DNA of 64,000 nucleotides. Origin: Actinomycetota bacterium. GTDB lineage: Bacteria; Actinomycetota; Acidimicrobiia; Acidimicrobiales; Ilumatobacteraceae. Each line of letters starts with the position of its first letter. Position 1 is the stretch's first letter. The notes beneath the pieces were generated by a model. That model did not search any database and had not been told where the DNA came from. It saw only the letters and a list, made by a program, of their open reading frames with translations. A program made the position numbers and the translations under genes. Shown one piece after another: positions 31,636 to 40,950 of this stretch. The DNA lies in assembly GCA_009703055.1 (NCBI GenBank), contig WLGW01000001.1, positions 4,079-68,078 of the forward strand. Direction: 5' to 3'.

Positions 31636-32628
31636 CTAGGGGTTCGCAAGGTGGGTGCGTGCGGCATCCATTGCGATTCGACCTCGTGGCGTGCGTGCGA
31701 TCAGTCCGAGTTGAATCAGGAAGGGTTCATACACATCTTCCACAGTTTCAGGTTGCTCACCCACTGCAATCGCCAATGTCGTGAGACCCACTGGCCCACC
31801 TTCAAATTGCTCGCACAAACTGCGCAGAATCGCTCTGTCCACTTTGTCGAGCCCCAGATTGTCGACACCAAATACACGTAATGCTTCGGTGGCCGTGTCG
31901 TTGTCGATGCGCCCATCACTGCGCACTTCAGCAAAGTCACGCACGCGACGAAGAAGCCGGTTTGCAATACGCGGGGTACCACGGCTTCGTCGTGCAATCT
32001 GCACGGACGCACCTTCATCGATGGGAACGTCAAGAATGCGCGCAGCACGAGTGACAATGAGTTCCAACTCGTCATGGTCGTAGTAATCGAGTCGGGCAAC
32101 GAGGCCGAAGCGGTCTCGGAGTGGACCCGTGATCATTCCGGTGCGAGTGGTGGCACCAATCAGAGTGAACCGAGGCAGAGTCAGACGGATAGAAGATGCA
32201 GCAGGCCCCTTGCCCACCACAATGTCGATCTGAAAGTCCTCCATTGCTGGATACAAGATCTCTTCCACGGAACGCGAGAGACGATGAATCTCATCAATAA
32301 ACAACACATCGCCTTCACCGAGCTTGGTGAGGATCGCAGCCAAGTCACCAGCACGTTCGAGTGCTGGCCCACTTGTGACATGCAATGCCACACCCATCTC
32401 GGCAGCGACAATTCCGGCCATCGTGGTTTTTCCTAAACCAGGTGGACCCGCCAACAAAATATGGTCGGCAGCTTGTCCACGTTGCTTTGCGGCTCCCAGA
32501 ACAATGTCGAGATGTTCTTTCAGTTCTCGCTGCCCCACAAACTCATCGAGTTCTCTCGGGCGCAAGCTGACTTCATCGGAGACCTCATGCTCAGAAGCCA
32601 ACGCTGGATCTAAAAACTCATCCCGCAC
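31636..32628 (-). CDS. ruvB: Holliday junction branch migration helicase RuvB
   Basis: It has Walker [13 protein letters not shown] and Walker [14 protein letters not shown] start at 32628 is preferred; the track ORF start at 32679 would overlap ruvA by 62 nt. Confidence 0.95.
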   Translation of the reverse strand: MRDEFLDPALASEHEVSDEVSLRPRELDEFVGQRELKEHLDIVLGAAKQRGQAADHILLAGPPGLGKTTMAGIVAAEMGVALHVTSGPALERAGDLAAILTKLGEGDVLFIDEIHRLSRSVEEILYPAMEDFQIDIVVGKGPAASSIRLTLPRFTLIGATTRTGMITGPLRDRFGLVARLDYYDHDELELIVTRAARILDVPIDEGASVQIARRSRGTPRIANRLLRRVRDFAEVRSDGRIDNDTATEALRVFGVDNLGLDKVDRAILRSLCEQFEGGPVGLTTLAIAVGEQPETVEDVYEPFLIQLGLIARTPRGRIAMDAARTHLANP

Positions 32629-33211
32629 GACGTGCCCCCAACAATGCCAATGCGTCGCGCAACATTGATTCTGAATCATCAGCAGTGTTTAACTGTCGCA
32701 TCGTGTCGCGAATTTCTTCCGTTGCATAACCCAATGCTGTCAGAGCTTCACGAACATCTGCAGCAGCTGACTGAACGGAGTCGATGGGGTCACCACTGGT
32801 GATTCCATCGATATTCAAACGCGACTTCAACTCAACCATCAGACGTTCTGCAGTCTTCTTGCCCACACCTGGGACAACCGTGAGGGCCGCTGTATCACCC
32901 GACCCCACAATGCCAATGAGAGCAGTCGGTGCATAGGTGGAGAGAATTGCCATCGCCATTGATGGGCCAATGCCATGTGTTGCGATCAAAATATTGAAAG
33001 TGTCCCTTTCAACACGTGAGGTGAAGCCAAACAAAGTCTGTGCATCTTCACGAATGTGATGGTGAATGTGAAAGAACACAGGAACTGTTGGCTCACACTC
33101 ACCAAACGTTGCGGTTGTGACATTGCACAGATACCCAACGCCGCCAACTTCAAGAAGAACGGTGGATGGTACGAAGCGTTCGAGAACAACTCCTCGCAGA
33201 CTGCCAATCAT
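32618..33211 (-). CDS. ruvA: Holliday junction DNA-binding subunit RuvA
   Basis: 197 aa with the N-terminus MIGSLRGVV and the HhH motif [11 protein letters not shown]. Confidence 0.93.
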   Translation of the reverse strand: MIGSLRGVVLERFVPSTVLLEVGGVGYLCNVTTATFGECEPTVPVFFHIHHHIREDAQTLFGFTSRVERDTFNILIATHGIGPSMAMAILSTYAPTALIGIVGSGDTAALTVVPGVGKKTAERLMVELKSRLNIDGITSGDPIDSVQSAAADVREALTALGYATEEIRDTMRQLNTADDSESMLRDALALLGARRAG

Positions 33212-33732
33212 CGAAGACTCCGAGCAATCGCTGCGTCACGTGAAGCGATGAACGGCGCCATCGAACAGTGACACAGTGCAATGGCTGCAGCATCGGCAGC
33301 GTCAGCGGGCTGCGGCACGGACTCAAGATGAAGACGTTGTTGCACCATCAGACCAATTTGTTCTTTGGTGGCACTTCCCCATCCGGCCACCGTGTTCTTC
33401 ACTTGTGAGGGTGTGTATTGGGCGACATCACATCCGGCGCGCGCGGCGAGGGCCAAGACGATTCCACTTGCCTGCCCGACTCCCATTGCTGTGCGCACAT
33501 TGTTCTGGAAGAACACCTGCTCAATAGCAACTGCATCTGGCTTGAAATCTGACAACAGGCCCTCCACCTCGCGATGGATCTCTGCAAGACGATCATGTAG
33601 TGCTGCTGAAGGAGGGGTCCGAAGAACGCCAATCGCAAGGGCCTTGATGTCCTGAGAAGAATTCATGCCCAGCACCGCATACCCACATCGGGTGAGGCCA
33701 GGATCGACCCCGAGGACCACTTGAGCGAACAT
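33208..33732 (-). CDS. ruvC: crossover junction endodeoxyribonuclease RuvC
   Basis: 174 aa with VLGVDPGLTRCGYAV and the RNase H-like catalytic Asp/Glu pattern. ATGA overlap with ruvA. Confidence 0.94.
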   Translation of the reverse strand: MFAQVVLGVDPGLTRCGYAVLGMNSSQDIKALAIGVLRTPPSAALHDRLAEIHREVEGLLSDFKPDAVAIEQVFFQNNVRTAMGVGQASGIVLALAARAGCDVAQYTPSQVKNTVAGWGSATKEQIGLMVQQRLHLESVPQPADAADAAAIALCHCSMAPFIASRDAAIARSLR

Positions 33733-33738
33733 ATGTTC
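33727..33738. promoter_or_regulatory. putative LexA operator (Cheo/SOS box GAAC-N4-GTTC)
   Basis: The perfect palindrome GAACATATGTTC overlaps the ruvC start codon (ATG 33732-33730). A TAACAT hexamer (minus strand, 33745-33740) lies at -13..-8 relative to the ATG. Confidence 0.5.
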
Positions 33739-33774
33739 TATGTTACCCGAGGCCTTTGGCCGAAGGGCGGAACT

Positions 33775-34227
33775 TCAGCGAGCAGCCTCGACGGCTGCCA
33801 CTAGCTCTTCCACCGGCCGGAAAGTCAAGCCAGCAATGGCCTTGTGGGCATAGCGGATGACCCCATTTGCATCGATCACAAAGACGCTGCGGCGCGGGTA
33901 GCCAAGTGGCCCCACCGTGCCAAAGAGCCCTGCCACTGTCTTGTCGGTGTCAGCCAAAAGCGGAAACTTGAATCCGTGCTTGGAAGCAAAGTCTTCGTGA
34001 CTCGAGACATCTTGTGCAGAAATCGCGAGAACCTGAGCCCCCACCGTGTCAAACGCAGAGAGTTCATTGTTGTACGAATTCAATTGTTTCGTACAGACAG
34101 GCGTGTCATCGCCTGGGTAAAACACCAAAACAACAGGCTGACCGCGATACGACGACAACGTGTATTCGCGTCCACCGGTTCCGGGAAGTGTGAAATCGGG
34201 AGCGGTATCCCCTACTGCGATAGCCAT
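33775..34227 (-). CDS. bcp: thiol peroxidase / peroxiredoxin Bcp
   Basis: 150 aa with [13 protein letters not shown], the peroxidatic Cys motif. Confidence 0.9.
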   Translation of the reverse strand: MAIAVGDTAPDFTLPGTGGREYTLSSYRGQPVVLVFYPGDDTPVCTKQLNSYNNELSAFDTVGAQVLAISAQDVSSHEDFASKHGFKFPLLADTDKTVAGLFGTVGPLGYPRRSVFVIDANGVIRYAHKAIAGLTFRPVEELVAAVEAAR

Positions 34228-34973
34228 CAGCCAAGCTCCTGCATCATTGCATCATCAATATCGAAATTGGCATAAACGTCCTGCACATCATCATTGTCCT
34301 CCAACATGTCCATGATGCGCAAGATCTGTTTTGCGTCCTCAATGTCGGTCACCTCAATAGTGGTAGACGACACCATGGTTGATTCAGCGCTTTGCACAGC
34401 AATGCCTGCTGACTCGAGCGCATCTTTCACGTCATAGACAACCGAGGAGTCAGTCAGAACACGCCATGAATCACCATCGCGCTCGATATCTTCGGCTCCT
34501 GCTTCCAATGCCGCCGACATCACAGTGTCTTCATCGAGAGAACCATCCACAAGGACGACACCACGACGTGAGAACTGCCAGCCCACAGCTCCGGGCTCTG
34601 CAAGAGAACCACCAAACTTGCTGAACGCTGTACGCACATCAGATGCTGTGCGGTTGCGATTATCGGTCAGAGTGTCAACCAACATGGCCACCCCACCTGG
34701 TGCGTAACCCTCGTACACAATCGTTTCGTAGTTGGCGCCATCGTTCTCACCGATACCGCGCTTGATTGCACGATCAATGGCGTCCTTTGTCATCTGGCCG
34801 GCTTTTGCCTTCAGCACCATAGTGCGCAGTGCAGCATTGGAATCAACGTCTCCACCGCCAGCTCGAGCTGCTACTTCAATCTGACGCGCAAGTTTGGCGA
34901 AGAGTTTTCCGCGAGCCTTGTCAGCTGCGCCCTTCTTGTGCTTGATAGTTGCCCATTTGGAGTGACCGGACAT
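34227..34973 (-). CDS. yebC: YebC/PmpR family DNA-binding transcriptional regulator
   Basis: [28 protein letters not shown] is the invariant YebC N-terminus. 248 aa. Confidence 0.95.
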   Translation of the reverse strand: MSGHSKWATIKHKKGAADKARGKLFAKLARQIEVAARAGGGDVDSNAALRTMVLKAKAGQMTKDAIDRAIKRGIGENDGANYETIVYEGYAPGGVAMLVDTLTDNRNRTASDVRTAFSKFGGSLAEPGAVGWQFSRRGVVLVDGSLDEDTVMSAALEAGAEDIERDGDSWRVLTDSSVVYDVKDALESAGIAVQSAESTMVSSTTIEVTDIEDAKQILRIMDMLEDNDDVQDVYANFDIDDAMMQELG

Positions 34974-34976
34974 CGG

Positions 34977-35561
34977 TTACACCTTTCTCGCAGTTGTCAT
35001 GGTTGTTACAAAGTATTCGTGAAGACGTGCATCGCCCGCCAACTCTGGATGGAAAGACGCCGCCAGCACATTGCCTTGGCGCACCAATACTGGCTCATCT
35101 CCGAGTCGCCCGATGACTTCTACTGCCGGCCCCGTGCGTTCGATACGTGGCGCACGAATGAAGACGCCATGAAAATCGCCAAACGGCGTGTGAATTGACG
35201 ATTCGAAAGAATCAATCTGACGGCCAAAAGCATTGCGTCGCACCGAAATATCGATTGCGCCAAAGCTTCGCTGATCCGAACGTCCGTCGAGGACTTCCGA
35301 TGCAAGAAGAATCATTCCAGCGCATGTACCAAATGTGGGCATGCCACTTTCAATGCGTTGCGCAATTGCACCAAAGAGTCCCGATGACAACAACAGTTGT
35401 GACATCGTGCTGGATTCACCGCCCGGCATCACCAGCGCATCAACGTGTTCGAGTTGTTCAGGAGTGCGTACTTCCTGAACAGAGACGCCCAGCGAGGCAA
35501 CACACTCAGCGTGTGCTGCGAATGCTCCTTGGAGAGCGAGTACTCCAACGACAGGGTTCAC
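34977..35561 (-). CDS. pdxT: pyridoxal 5'-phosphate synthase glutaminase subunit
   Basis: 194 aa with VLALQGAF, GTCAGMILL (catalytic Cys) and SFHPEL. Confidence 0.94.
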   Translation of the reverse strand: MNPVVGVLALQGAFAAHAECVASLGVSVQEVRTPEQLEHVDALVMPGGESSTMSQLLLSSGLFGAIAQRIESGMPTFGTCAGMILLASEVLDGRSDQRSFGAIDISVRRNAFGRQIDSFESSIHTPFGDFHGVFIRAPRIERTGPAVEVIGRLGDEPVLVRQGNVLAASFHPELAGDARLHEYFVTTMTTARKV

Positions 35562-35595
35562 CCGGAGGCCTCGAATCCATGTGACTGAGTACTAC

Positions 35596-36495
35596 TTACC
35601 AGCCGCGCTCAGCGAAGCGCTGAGTTCCGTTGATCTCATCCATTGCGATACCAGTCATCGGCGCACCAAGGCCACGACTCACGCGAGCGAGAACATTGGC
35701 ATCACGGAAGTGAGTGGTTGCTTCAACGATTGCTTTTGCACGAGGAGCTGGATCGTCGCTCTTGAAAATGCCTGAACCAACGAACACTGCTTCGCCGCCC
35801 AATTGCATTGCAAGTGCAGCATCTGCCGGAGTAGCGATGCCACCTGCACAGAAAATGGGCACAGGGAACTTGCCGGTCTCTGCAATTTCTTGCACAAGAC
35901 CAAGAGGTGCCTGCAGAGTCTTTGCCCACTGGAACAACTCTGCATTGTCGGCCTGAGTGATCTTGCGGATATCCCCAAAGATATTGCGAAGGTGACGAAC
36001 AGCTTCAACAATGTTGCCTGTTCCTGCTTCACCCTTAGAGCGAATCATGCACGCACCTTCTGAGACGCGACGAAGAGCCTCACCAAGATTTGTTGCACCA
36101 CAAACGAAAGGAACCGTGAATCCAAACTTGTCGATGTGATGTGTCTCGTCAGCGGGGGTCAACACTTCTGACTCATCGATGAAGTCAACACCGAGGGCCT
36201 CAAGAATCTGAGCCTCAACGAAGTGACCAATACGAACCTTGGCCATCACAGGGATAGTGACAGCAGCCTTGATGCCCTCAATCATTTCTGGGTCACTCAT
36301 GCGAGCGACGCCACCATCACGACGAATGTCGGCAGGAACCCGCTCGAGCGCCATGACGGCGCAAGCGCCTGCATCTTCTGCAATCTTTGCTTGCTCTGCG
36401 TTGACGACGTCCATAATGACGCCGCCCTTCAACATCTCTGCCAAACCGCGCTTCACGCGCTGGGTGCCAACAGAGGTTCCGTTCGTTGATGTCAT
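35596..36495 (-). CDS. pdxS: pyridoxal 5'-phosphate synthase lyase subunit
   Basis: [41 protein letters not shown] is canonical PdxS. I place the start at ATG 36495. The longest ORF (to 36600) would overlap the upstream gene. Confidence 0.97.
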   Translation of the reverse strand: MTSTNGTSVGTQRVKRGLAEMLKGGVIMDVVNAEQAKIAEDAGACAVMALERVPADIRRDGGVARMSDPEMIEGIKAAVTIPVMAKVRIGHFVEAQILEALGVDFIDESEVLTPADETHHIDKFGFTVPFVCGATNLGEALRRVSEGACMIRSKGEAGTGNIVEAVRHLRNIFGDIRKITQADNAELFQWAKTLQAPLGLVQEIAETGKFPVPIFCAGGIATPADAALAMQLGGEAVFVGSGIFKSDDPAPRAKAIVEATTHFRDANVLARVSRGLGAPMTGIAMDEINGTQRFAERGW

Positions 36496-36553
36496 GGTAA
36501 GCAGGCTACAGAGGGCACTATGCCCTCCTGCGACTGAATAAGTGAGACGTTCG

Positions 36554-37639
36554 TCAGACTGCGGGGAACTTGACCGTCTTCGGGTCAATTCCAGGGCCAA
36601 CGGGTGCCAAAGAGTTCTTCCACGCCAATTCGACCCACGTACGACCAGGGGTCATACGCACCACCGCACCGTTTGCATCAGTCAGAGTGAACGGAACAAG
36701 GCGATTGGGTCGTACCCAGTTAATGGGAATAAGGCCGCCATCTGTCATGACAAAGCCCGTTCCCTTCCCCGTGGTGACAGCATCTGGGCTCTTTCGATCA
36801 GCCTTGCTACGTACATAGGTCACATACAGAACAACAACATTCTTTGTGTTCACTTGGCCATCGTCTGCCATGTGAGGTTCGAGCTCGCGCTTGAGATTCT
36901 CTGTGAATCGGATGAAGTTGCTCGTGGCTGCATCCCACTTCCAGTACACCTTCACGTTGTACATCGAGACTTTCGCTCCATCAACAGCTGTTGAGGTCGC
37001 AGGCTTTGCATCGCTGCTACCTCGGTATGTGAACTGTTGCTGAGGCGGCACAGCATCTGTGGGGGCAAGAGTCCACAAATTAGAAGTCTTCGCAAACAGG
37101 TTGTGTGGAATCTTTTTGTCCTTGGCGCGGTAATAGCCGCCCTTGCCACGCGAAGCGCTGTAACCAACATTGACTAAGTCGCTCTTGCTAATTGCGCGCG
37201 TGACTCGATAGTTGCCACCACTCCAAGCAAACAGAGGCTTGTTGAACGAACCCAGGATGTCGATGTCTTGAGTACGGCCGCTGCGCAATGGTCCGACTGG
37301 GTCACTTCCTTGACTGTGAAAGACAGCCGCAAAACGTGTTAACGCCTCAACATTCTCCTCAAAGACAATGTCAGCTTTGTTTAATCCAGTTTGTGGACGC
37401 GCGGCAGGATGATTATCAATCTTTGCCACCAAAGCAGGACGAGCAGCTGCTGCCTTGTCTTCGATCGGCAAGCCTGTCAACGGATAGGTCACACCAATGC
37501 CTTGTCCGGGAGTTGTTGCGTTAGATCCATCAGGCGAGGTGCCATCAGGGGATGCACTTCCACCTCCACATGCTGCGAGCACGGACACAGCAAGTGCTGC
37601 AGCAGTTATACGAAAAATCGGACGACGCAATGTAGACAT
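36554..37639 (-). CDS. DUF3048-domain lipoprotein (YerB-like)
   Basis: The start is at ATG 37639, 2 nt after the upstream stop. The signal peptide with lipobox reads [58 protein letters not shown] matches the DUF3048 core as I recall it. Confidence 0.8.
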   Translation of the reverse strand: MSTLRRPIFRITAAALAVSVLAACGGGSASPDGTSPDGSNATTPGQGIGVTYPLTGLPIEDKAAAARPALVAKIDNHPAARPQTGLNKADIVFEENVEALTRFAAVFHSQGSDPVGPLRSGRTQDIDILGSFNKPLFAWSGGNYRVTRAISKSDLVNVGYSASRGKGGYYRAKDKKIPHNLFAKTSNLWTLAPTDAVPPQQQFTYRGSSDAKPATSTAVDGAKVSMYNVKVYWKWDAATSNFIRFTENLKRELEPHMADDGQVNTKNVVVLYVTYVRSKADRKSPDAVTTGKGTGFVMTDGGLIPINWVRPNRLVPFTLTDANGAVVRMTPGRTWVELAWKNSLAPVGPGIDPKTVKFPAV

Positions 37640-37640
37640 A

Positions 37641-38453
37641 TCAAATCTCCTTGAGAACGGCGATTCGTTCAGACAATGACGGACGGGCAAAACCCACATT
37701 AGGAACAATCGATGATGAATCAGTGTCATTGGTTGAGGACTCTGGTAACGCAAAACAGAATGGCGCAGCAATACCAACGGAAACAGTCCCGTGAGACTGT
37801 GCACATTTCTCTAGCGCAGAGATCAAAGCAGGTGGATAACGGGTCGCTTGACAGGCTGAGATGTCTGCCCAGATGAGTGAACGAGGATCGAGAGATTTCT
37901 CCATCACCTTGCGCGCGAGACCCGAAAGACCCACTCGAGACATCAGAGTATGAAATGAAATGAGGTACGCGATCAGTGCTGCATCGCCTGATCTGATGCG
38001 CCATAACAGATGTGAGACAACTGCCTCAGTTTCTACACGATCCATCATGCGCAAGAAACCGTCAGAGACGATGATGTTTCCGTCAGAGCCTGACTCTGAG
38101 ATTGCCATTGCGAGAGGAAAGTCGGACTGAGTGATGTACATCGCAGGACGATGGTCACCACTACTCATGCGGAGGCCTTCCACAATGTTGAAAAGACGCG
38201 CATGATCATCTTCATTCGCTGGCGAAAGCGAGAGAGACGTGAGAATTGCTTCTTCAGCATTTCGACCAATTGACCAGGAGAACGCTCCAAACACAACCAG
38301 GCCAAGCACACCCAGCAGAGGTTGCCCGAGAGCAACTCCGATGAGGAGAAACAGAAGAGTTCCTCCTGCGGCAATCAACCACTCAATCTTTTTGACGCGA
38401 GCCAGATTCGGTAGTGATGATTCTTCAATGGGTATCCACTGTCGCTGATTCAT
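37641..38453 (-). CDS. HtpX/M48-like membrane protein with degenerate active site (probable pseudoprotease)
   Basis: It has two N-terminal TM helices. MDRVETEAVVSHLLWRIRSGDAAL aligns with HtpX ...EAEAVIAHEISHIANGDM, so HExxH has become HLLWR. SLIWAD aligns with REFHAD. The C-terminal ARPSLSERIAVL aligns with THPPLxxRIxAL. Confidence 0.7.
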   Translation of the reverse strand: MNQRQWIPIEESSLPNLARVKKIEWLIAAGGTLLFLLIGVALGQPLLGVLGLVVFGAFSWSIGRNAEEAILTSLSLSPANEDDHARLFNIVEGLRMSSGDHRPAMYITQSDFPLAMAISESGSDGNIIVSDGFLRMMDRVETEAVVSHLLWRIRSGDAALIAYLISFHTLMSRVGLSGLARKVMEKSLDPRSLIWADISACQATRYPPALISALEKCAQSHGTVSVGIAAPFCFALPESSTNDTDSSSIVPNVGFARPSLSERIAVLKEI

Positions 38454-38471
38454 AATTCCTTCCGTACCGAC

Positions 38472-39641
38472 CTACTGGCCGGACCCTCCGAGTCGGTTTC
38501 TTCTTAAGAAGCGCCCTTCGAAGCGCTTCAGCATACGAGGAAGCTCAATCTTCGTGATGTCGTCTGCTTCCATCGCAAGAGCCTTCTCATACAGCACTAC
38601 GTAATGATCTGCCAGCGCATCGAGCGAATAGGACTGTGCATGAATGCGTCCTGCAGTGACCAAACGAGTTGCCAAACGAGGATCGGCGATGATACGCGAC
38701 ATCGCCGAAGCCAGAACCTGTGCATTACCCGGCTCTACCAACAATGCATTCTCACCGTCAGTCGCAACGTTGCGATAACCATCGATGTCAGTAGAAATAA
38801 CTGGCGTGCCAGCAGCCATCGCCTCAAGCAGCACAATGCCAAATGATTCGCCACGCAGCGATGGTGCACAAAACAACGAAGCACGACGAAGTCGATCAAT
38901 CTTCTCTGCATCAGAAATGCGACCAAGCCATTCGATGCGTTGGTCATTTGCGTACTGAGCTTTCAAAATCTCTGTCTCTGGCCCGTCAGACGCAATCCAT
39001 AGTCGCACATCTCCTGGCATCAGCGATACGGCTTCGAGCAAGACTCCGAGACCTTTGCGAGGTTCATGACGGCCACAGAAGAAAATCGCATTGTCACGAT
39101 GCTCAACAATGGGTCCACTGAAGGCTTCAAGATCAATTCCATTGAAAAGAATTTCGTATTCTCCACCGATGTATCGGTGAGCAAGTTCGACTGCATCTGC
39201 AGAGACAGCAACACGAACATCGATGCGTCTCGCGATAGGACGCCCCAGTTTTTGGAACGTCTTGTACGCCCCTGACTCTCCCGCCGAATGGAAGGTTGCA
39301 ACAATTGGCGCAAGTTTGACGAGAACTGCAGTCAAGGTGGGGCCAGGGACCAGAGGCTCATGAACATGCAGCACATCAAAGGCTTCATCGTTGAGAGCTC
39401 GGATAGTGCGGAAAGCCGCTGACGCATCGGGAGCTACCGGGGCGACCGAGCCGTTAATTGCAGTGGGAAGGCTGTTGCCCAAGGGCGTCACAAACGAATC
39501 AGGGGGTGGACCGTCACATGGACCAAGGACACGCACCTCGTGTCCCTTTTCTCGTAAGGCCCGAGCAAGTCCCAATACCTGCTGCTGTACCCCTCCTGGA
39601 ATTGTGAGGCTGTACGGGCTCACCATTCCAATTCTCAACAT
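38472..39641 (-). CDS. pimA: GT4 glycosyltransferase, probable phosphatidylinositol alpha-mannosyltransferase
   Basis: 389 aa GT-B protein with the N-terminal PGGVQQQV loop, EPRKG, and the E-x7-E motif ESFGIVLLEAMAAGTPVI. It is near the pgsA and PIM acyltransferase genes, as in mycobacteria. Confidence 0.75.
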   Translation of the reverse strand: MLRIGMVSPYSLTIPGGVQQQVLGLARALREKGHEVRVLGPCDGPPPDSFVTPLGNSLPTAINGSVAPVAPDASAAFRTIRALNDEAFDVLHVHEPLVPGPTLTAVLVKLAPIVATFHSAGESGAYKTFQKLGRPIARRIDVRVAVSADAVELAHRYIGGEYEILFNGIDLEAFSGPIVEHRDNAIFFCGRHEPRKGLGVLLEAVSLMPGDVRLWIASDGPETEILKAQYANDQRIEWLGRISDAEKIDRLRRASLFCAPSLRGESFGIVLLEAMAAGTPVISTDIDGYRNVATDGENALLVEPGNAQVLASAMSRIIADPRLATRLVTAGRIHAQSYSLDALADHYVVLYEKALAMEADDITKIELPRMLKRFEGRFLRRNRLGGSGQ

Positions 39642-39646
39642 GCGAC

Positions 39647-39653
39647 TAGGTTA
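39647..39653. promoter_or_regulatory. overlapping face-to-face -10-like hexamers (TAGGTT on plus, TAACCT on minus)
   Basis: In the 17-bp pimA/LLM divergent spacer, each hexamer fits TANNNT and sits exactly at -12..-7 relative to the A of its own ATG (39659 on plus, 39641 on minus). That is the geometry expected for leaderless actinobacterial transcripts. Confidence 0.3.
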
Positions 39654-39658
39654 CGGGA

Positions 39659-40573
39659 ATGACTCAGGTTGATAAGTCCTTCCGCCCCGCCCTCTCCGTT
39701 GTCGCGACTCCAAATAAGCGTCGCGCCATCCTCGATCTGGCCGTTGAAGCCGAAAACCGAGGTTTCAGCGGTCTTGCCTGCCCCAGCCTTGGCGGCACAA
39801 TGGGGCTGTGCGTCTCTTTGGCTCATGTCACGTCGCGCATCAACTACTGGACTTCTATCCAGCCGATTTACTACAGCCACCCAGTGGAGGCAGCAAACAC
39901 CGTTGCACACATCAATGAGATGTCGAATGGGCGATTCCGTTATGGCATCGGCGTCAGCCACGGCCCCGTGACACAACGTCTTGGCGTTGAAACCGGAAAG
40001 CCGTTGTCGGACATCAAGAATTATGTTGCCGCCATGCGTACGAACGAGCGCTTCGGAGGTCAACTTCCTCCGATCTATTTGGCAACTCTTCGCAACAAAA
40101 TGTTGGAGCTTGCAAGCGAGATTTCAGAAGGCGCAATTTGGGCAAACGCATCATTGAGCCACATGGCAACACAACTCGGTGAAGTTCCCACTGCAGTGCG
40201 CGATGATTTCTTTCTCTCGAACATGATTCCGACCGTCATCGATGATGACATCGAAGCTGCCCGCGCCATCAACCGTCGCACCTTGACGGGATATGTCTCA
40301 CTGCCGAACTATCGCAACTACTGGCGCGCTGCTGGATACAACAACGAGATGGACTCCATCGAGGAGGCCTTGGACGCAGGAAACAAGGAAGCGCTCACTG
40401 GACTCATGACAAACGAGTGGCTCGACGACTGCACCATCAGCGGATCAGCATCTCATGTTCGTGAACGTCTCGCCGATTGGGCGAACGCAGGTGTCATGCC
40501 AATCGCAGTGATGTCTTCGACAACTGGTGGCCAAGCAAAAGCCATTAGCGAGTTGTTCGAGACCTACAACTGA
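39659..40573 (+). CDS. luciferase-like monooxygenase (LLM) family oxidoreductase, possibly F420-dependent
   Basis: 304 aa TIM-barrel LLM pattern: AVEAENRGFSGL, GRFRYGIGVSHG and a C-terminal GSASHVRERLADWANAGV. The cofactor cannot be assigned from sequence alone. Confidence 0.75.
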   Translation: MTQVDKSFRPALSVVATPNKRRAILDLAVEAENRGFSGLACPSLGGTMGLCVSLAHVTSRINYWTSIQPIYYSHPVEAANTVAHINEMSNGRFRYGIGVSHGPVTQRLGVETGKPLSDIKNYVAAMRTNERFGGQLPPIYLATLRNKMLELASEISEGAIWANASLSHMATQLGEVPTAVRDDFFLSNMIPTVIDDDIEAARAINRRTLTGYVSLPNYRNYWRAAGYNNEMDSIEEALDAGNKEALTGLMTNEWLDDCTISGSASHVRERLADWANAGVMPIAVMSSTTGGQAKAISELFETYN

Positions 40574-40950
40574 GACAAGAGATCTTCGACGCGTGACCGA
40601 ATTTCGTCACGGATACGTCGCACAACATCAAGTGGCTGACCTTTCGGGTCATCAAGTGGCCAGTCGATGTACTTCTTGCCAGGGATGTACGGGCATGTGT
40701 CTCCACATCCCATTGTTACGATCACGTCGACTGACTGCAGAAGTTCATCTGTGAATTTCTGCGGAACATAACCAGCAATATCAATGCCGATTTCATTCAT
40801 CACTTCGATCGCTACAGGATTCACATGTTCTGCTGGTTCAGAACCACCAGAGAGGATCAAAACTTTGTCGTCAGAAAGACTGCGAGCAAAACCCGCAGCC
40901 ATCTGTGAGCGACCGGCATTATGAATGCAGAGAAAAAGAACTCCGGGCAT
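40564..40950 (-). CDS. arsC: arsenate reductase, LMW-PTP fold
   Basis: 128 aa with the CX5R(S) P-loop FLCIHNAGRSQMAAG, then VTMGCGDTCPY and DDPKG. Whether it is thioredoxin- or mycothiol-coupled cannot be decided here. Confidence 0.9.
   Translation of the reverse strand: MPGVLFLCIHNAGRSQMAAGFARSLSDDKVLILSGGSEPAEHVNPVAIEVMNEIGIDIAGYVPQKFTDELLQSVDVIVTMGCGDTCPYIPGKKYIDWPLDDPKGQPLDVVRRIRDEIRSRVEDLLSQL

Noticed and set aside
36496-36600. N-terminal extensions of the longest ORFs. Examples are pdxS to 36600, aroE to 15612, DUF3048 to 37804, the 44121 gene to 44738, ruvX to 17214, efp to 10370, arsI to 42082, lspA to 60673 and DUF2079 to 9452.
   Set aside because: Each extension overlaps the upstream gene's 3' end by tens to more than 100 nt and encodes non-conserved sequence. 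An internal ATG or GTG lies at or just after the upstream stop, often as ATGA, and restores the canonical N-terminus of the family.
39635-40063. A 142-aa minus-strand ORF overlaps the start of the LLM gene. A 162-aa ORF at 41383-41871 spans the MIP/arsI junction in another frame.
   Set aside because: Both are out-of-frame shadows of confidently assigned genes. They have Cys/Arg/His-rich compositions and no ribosome-binding context.
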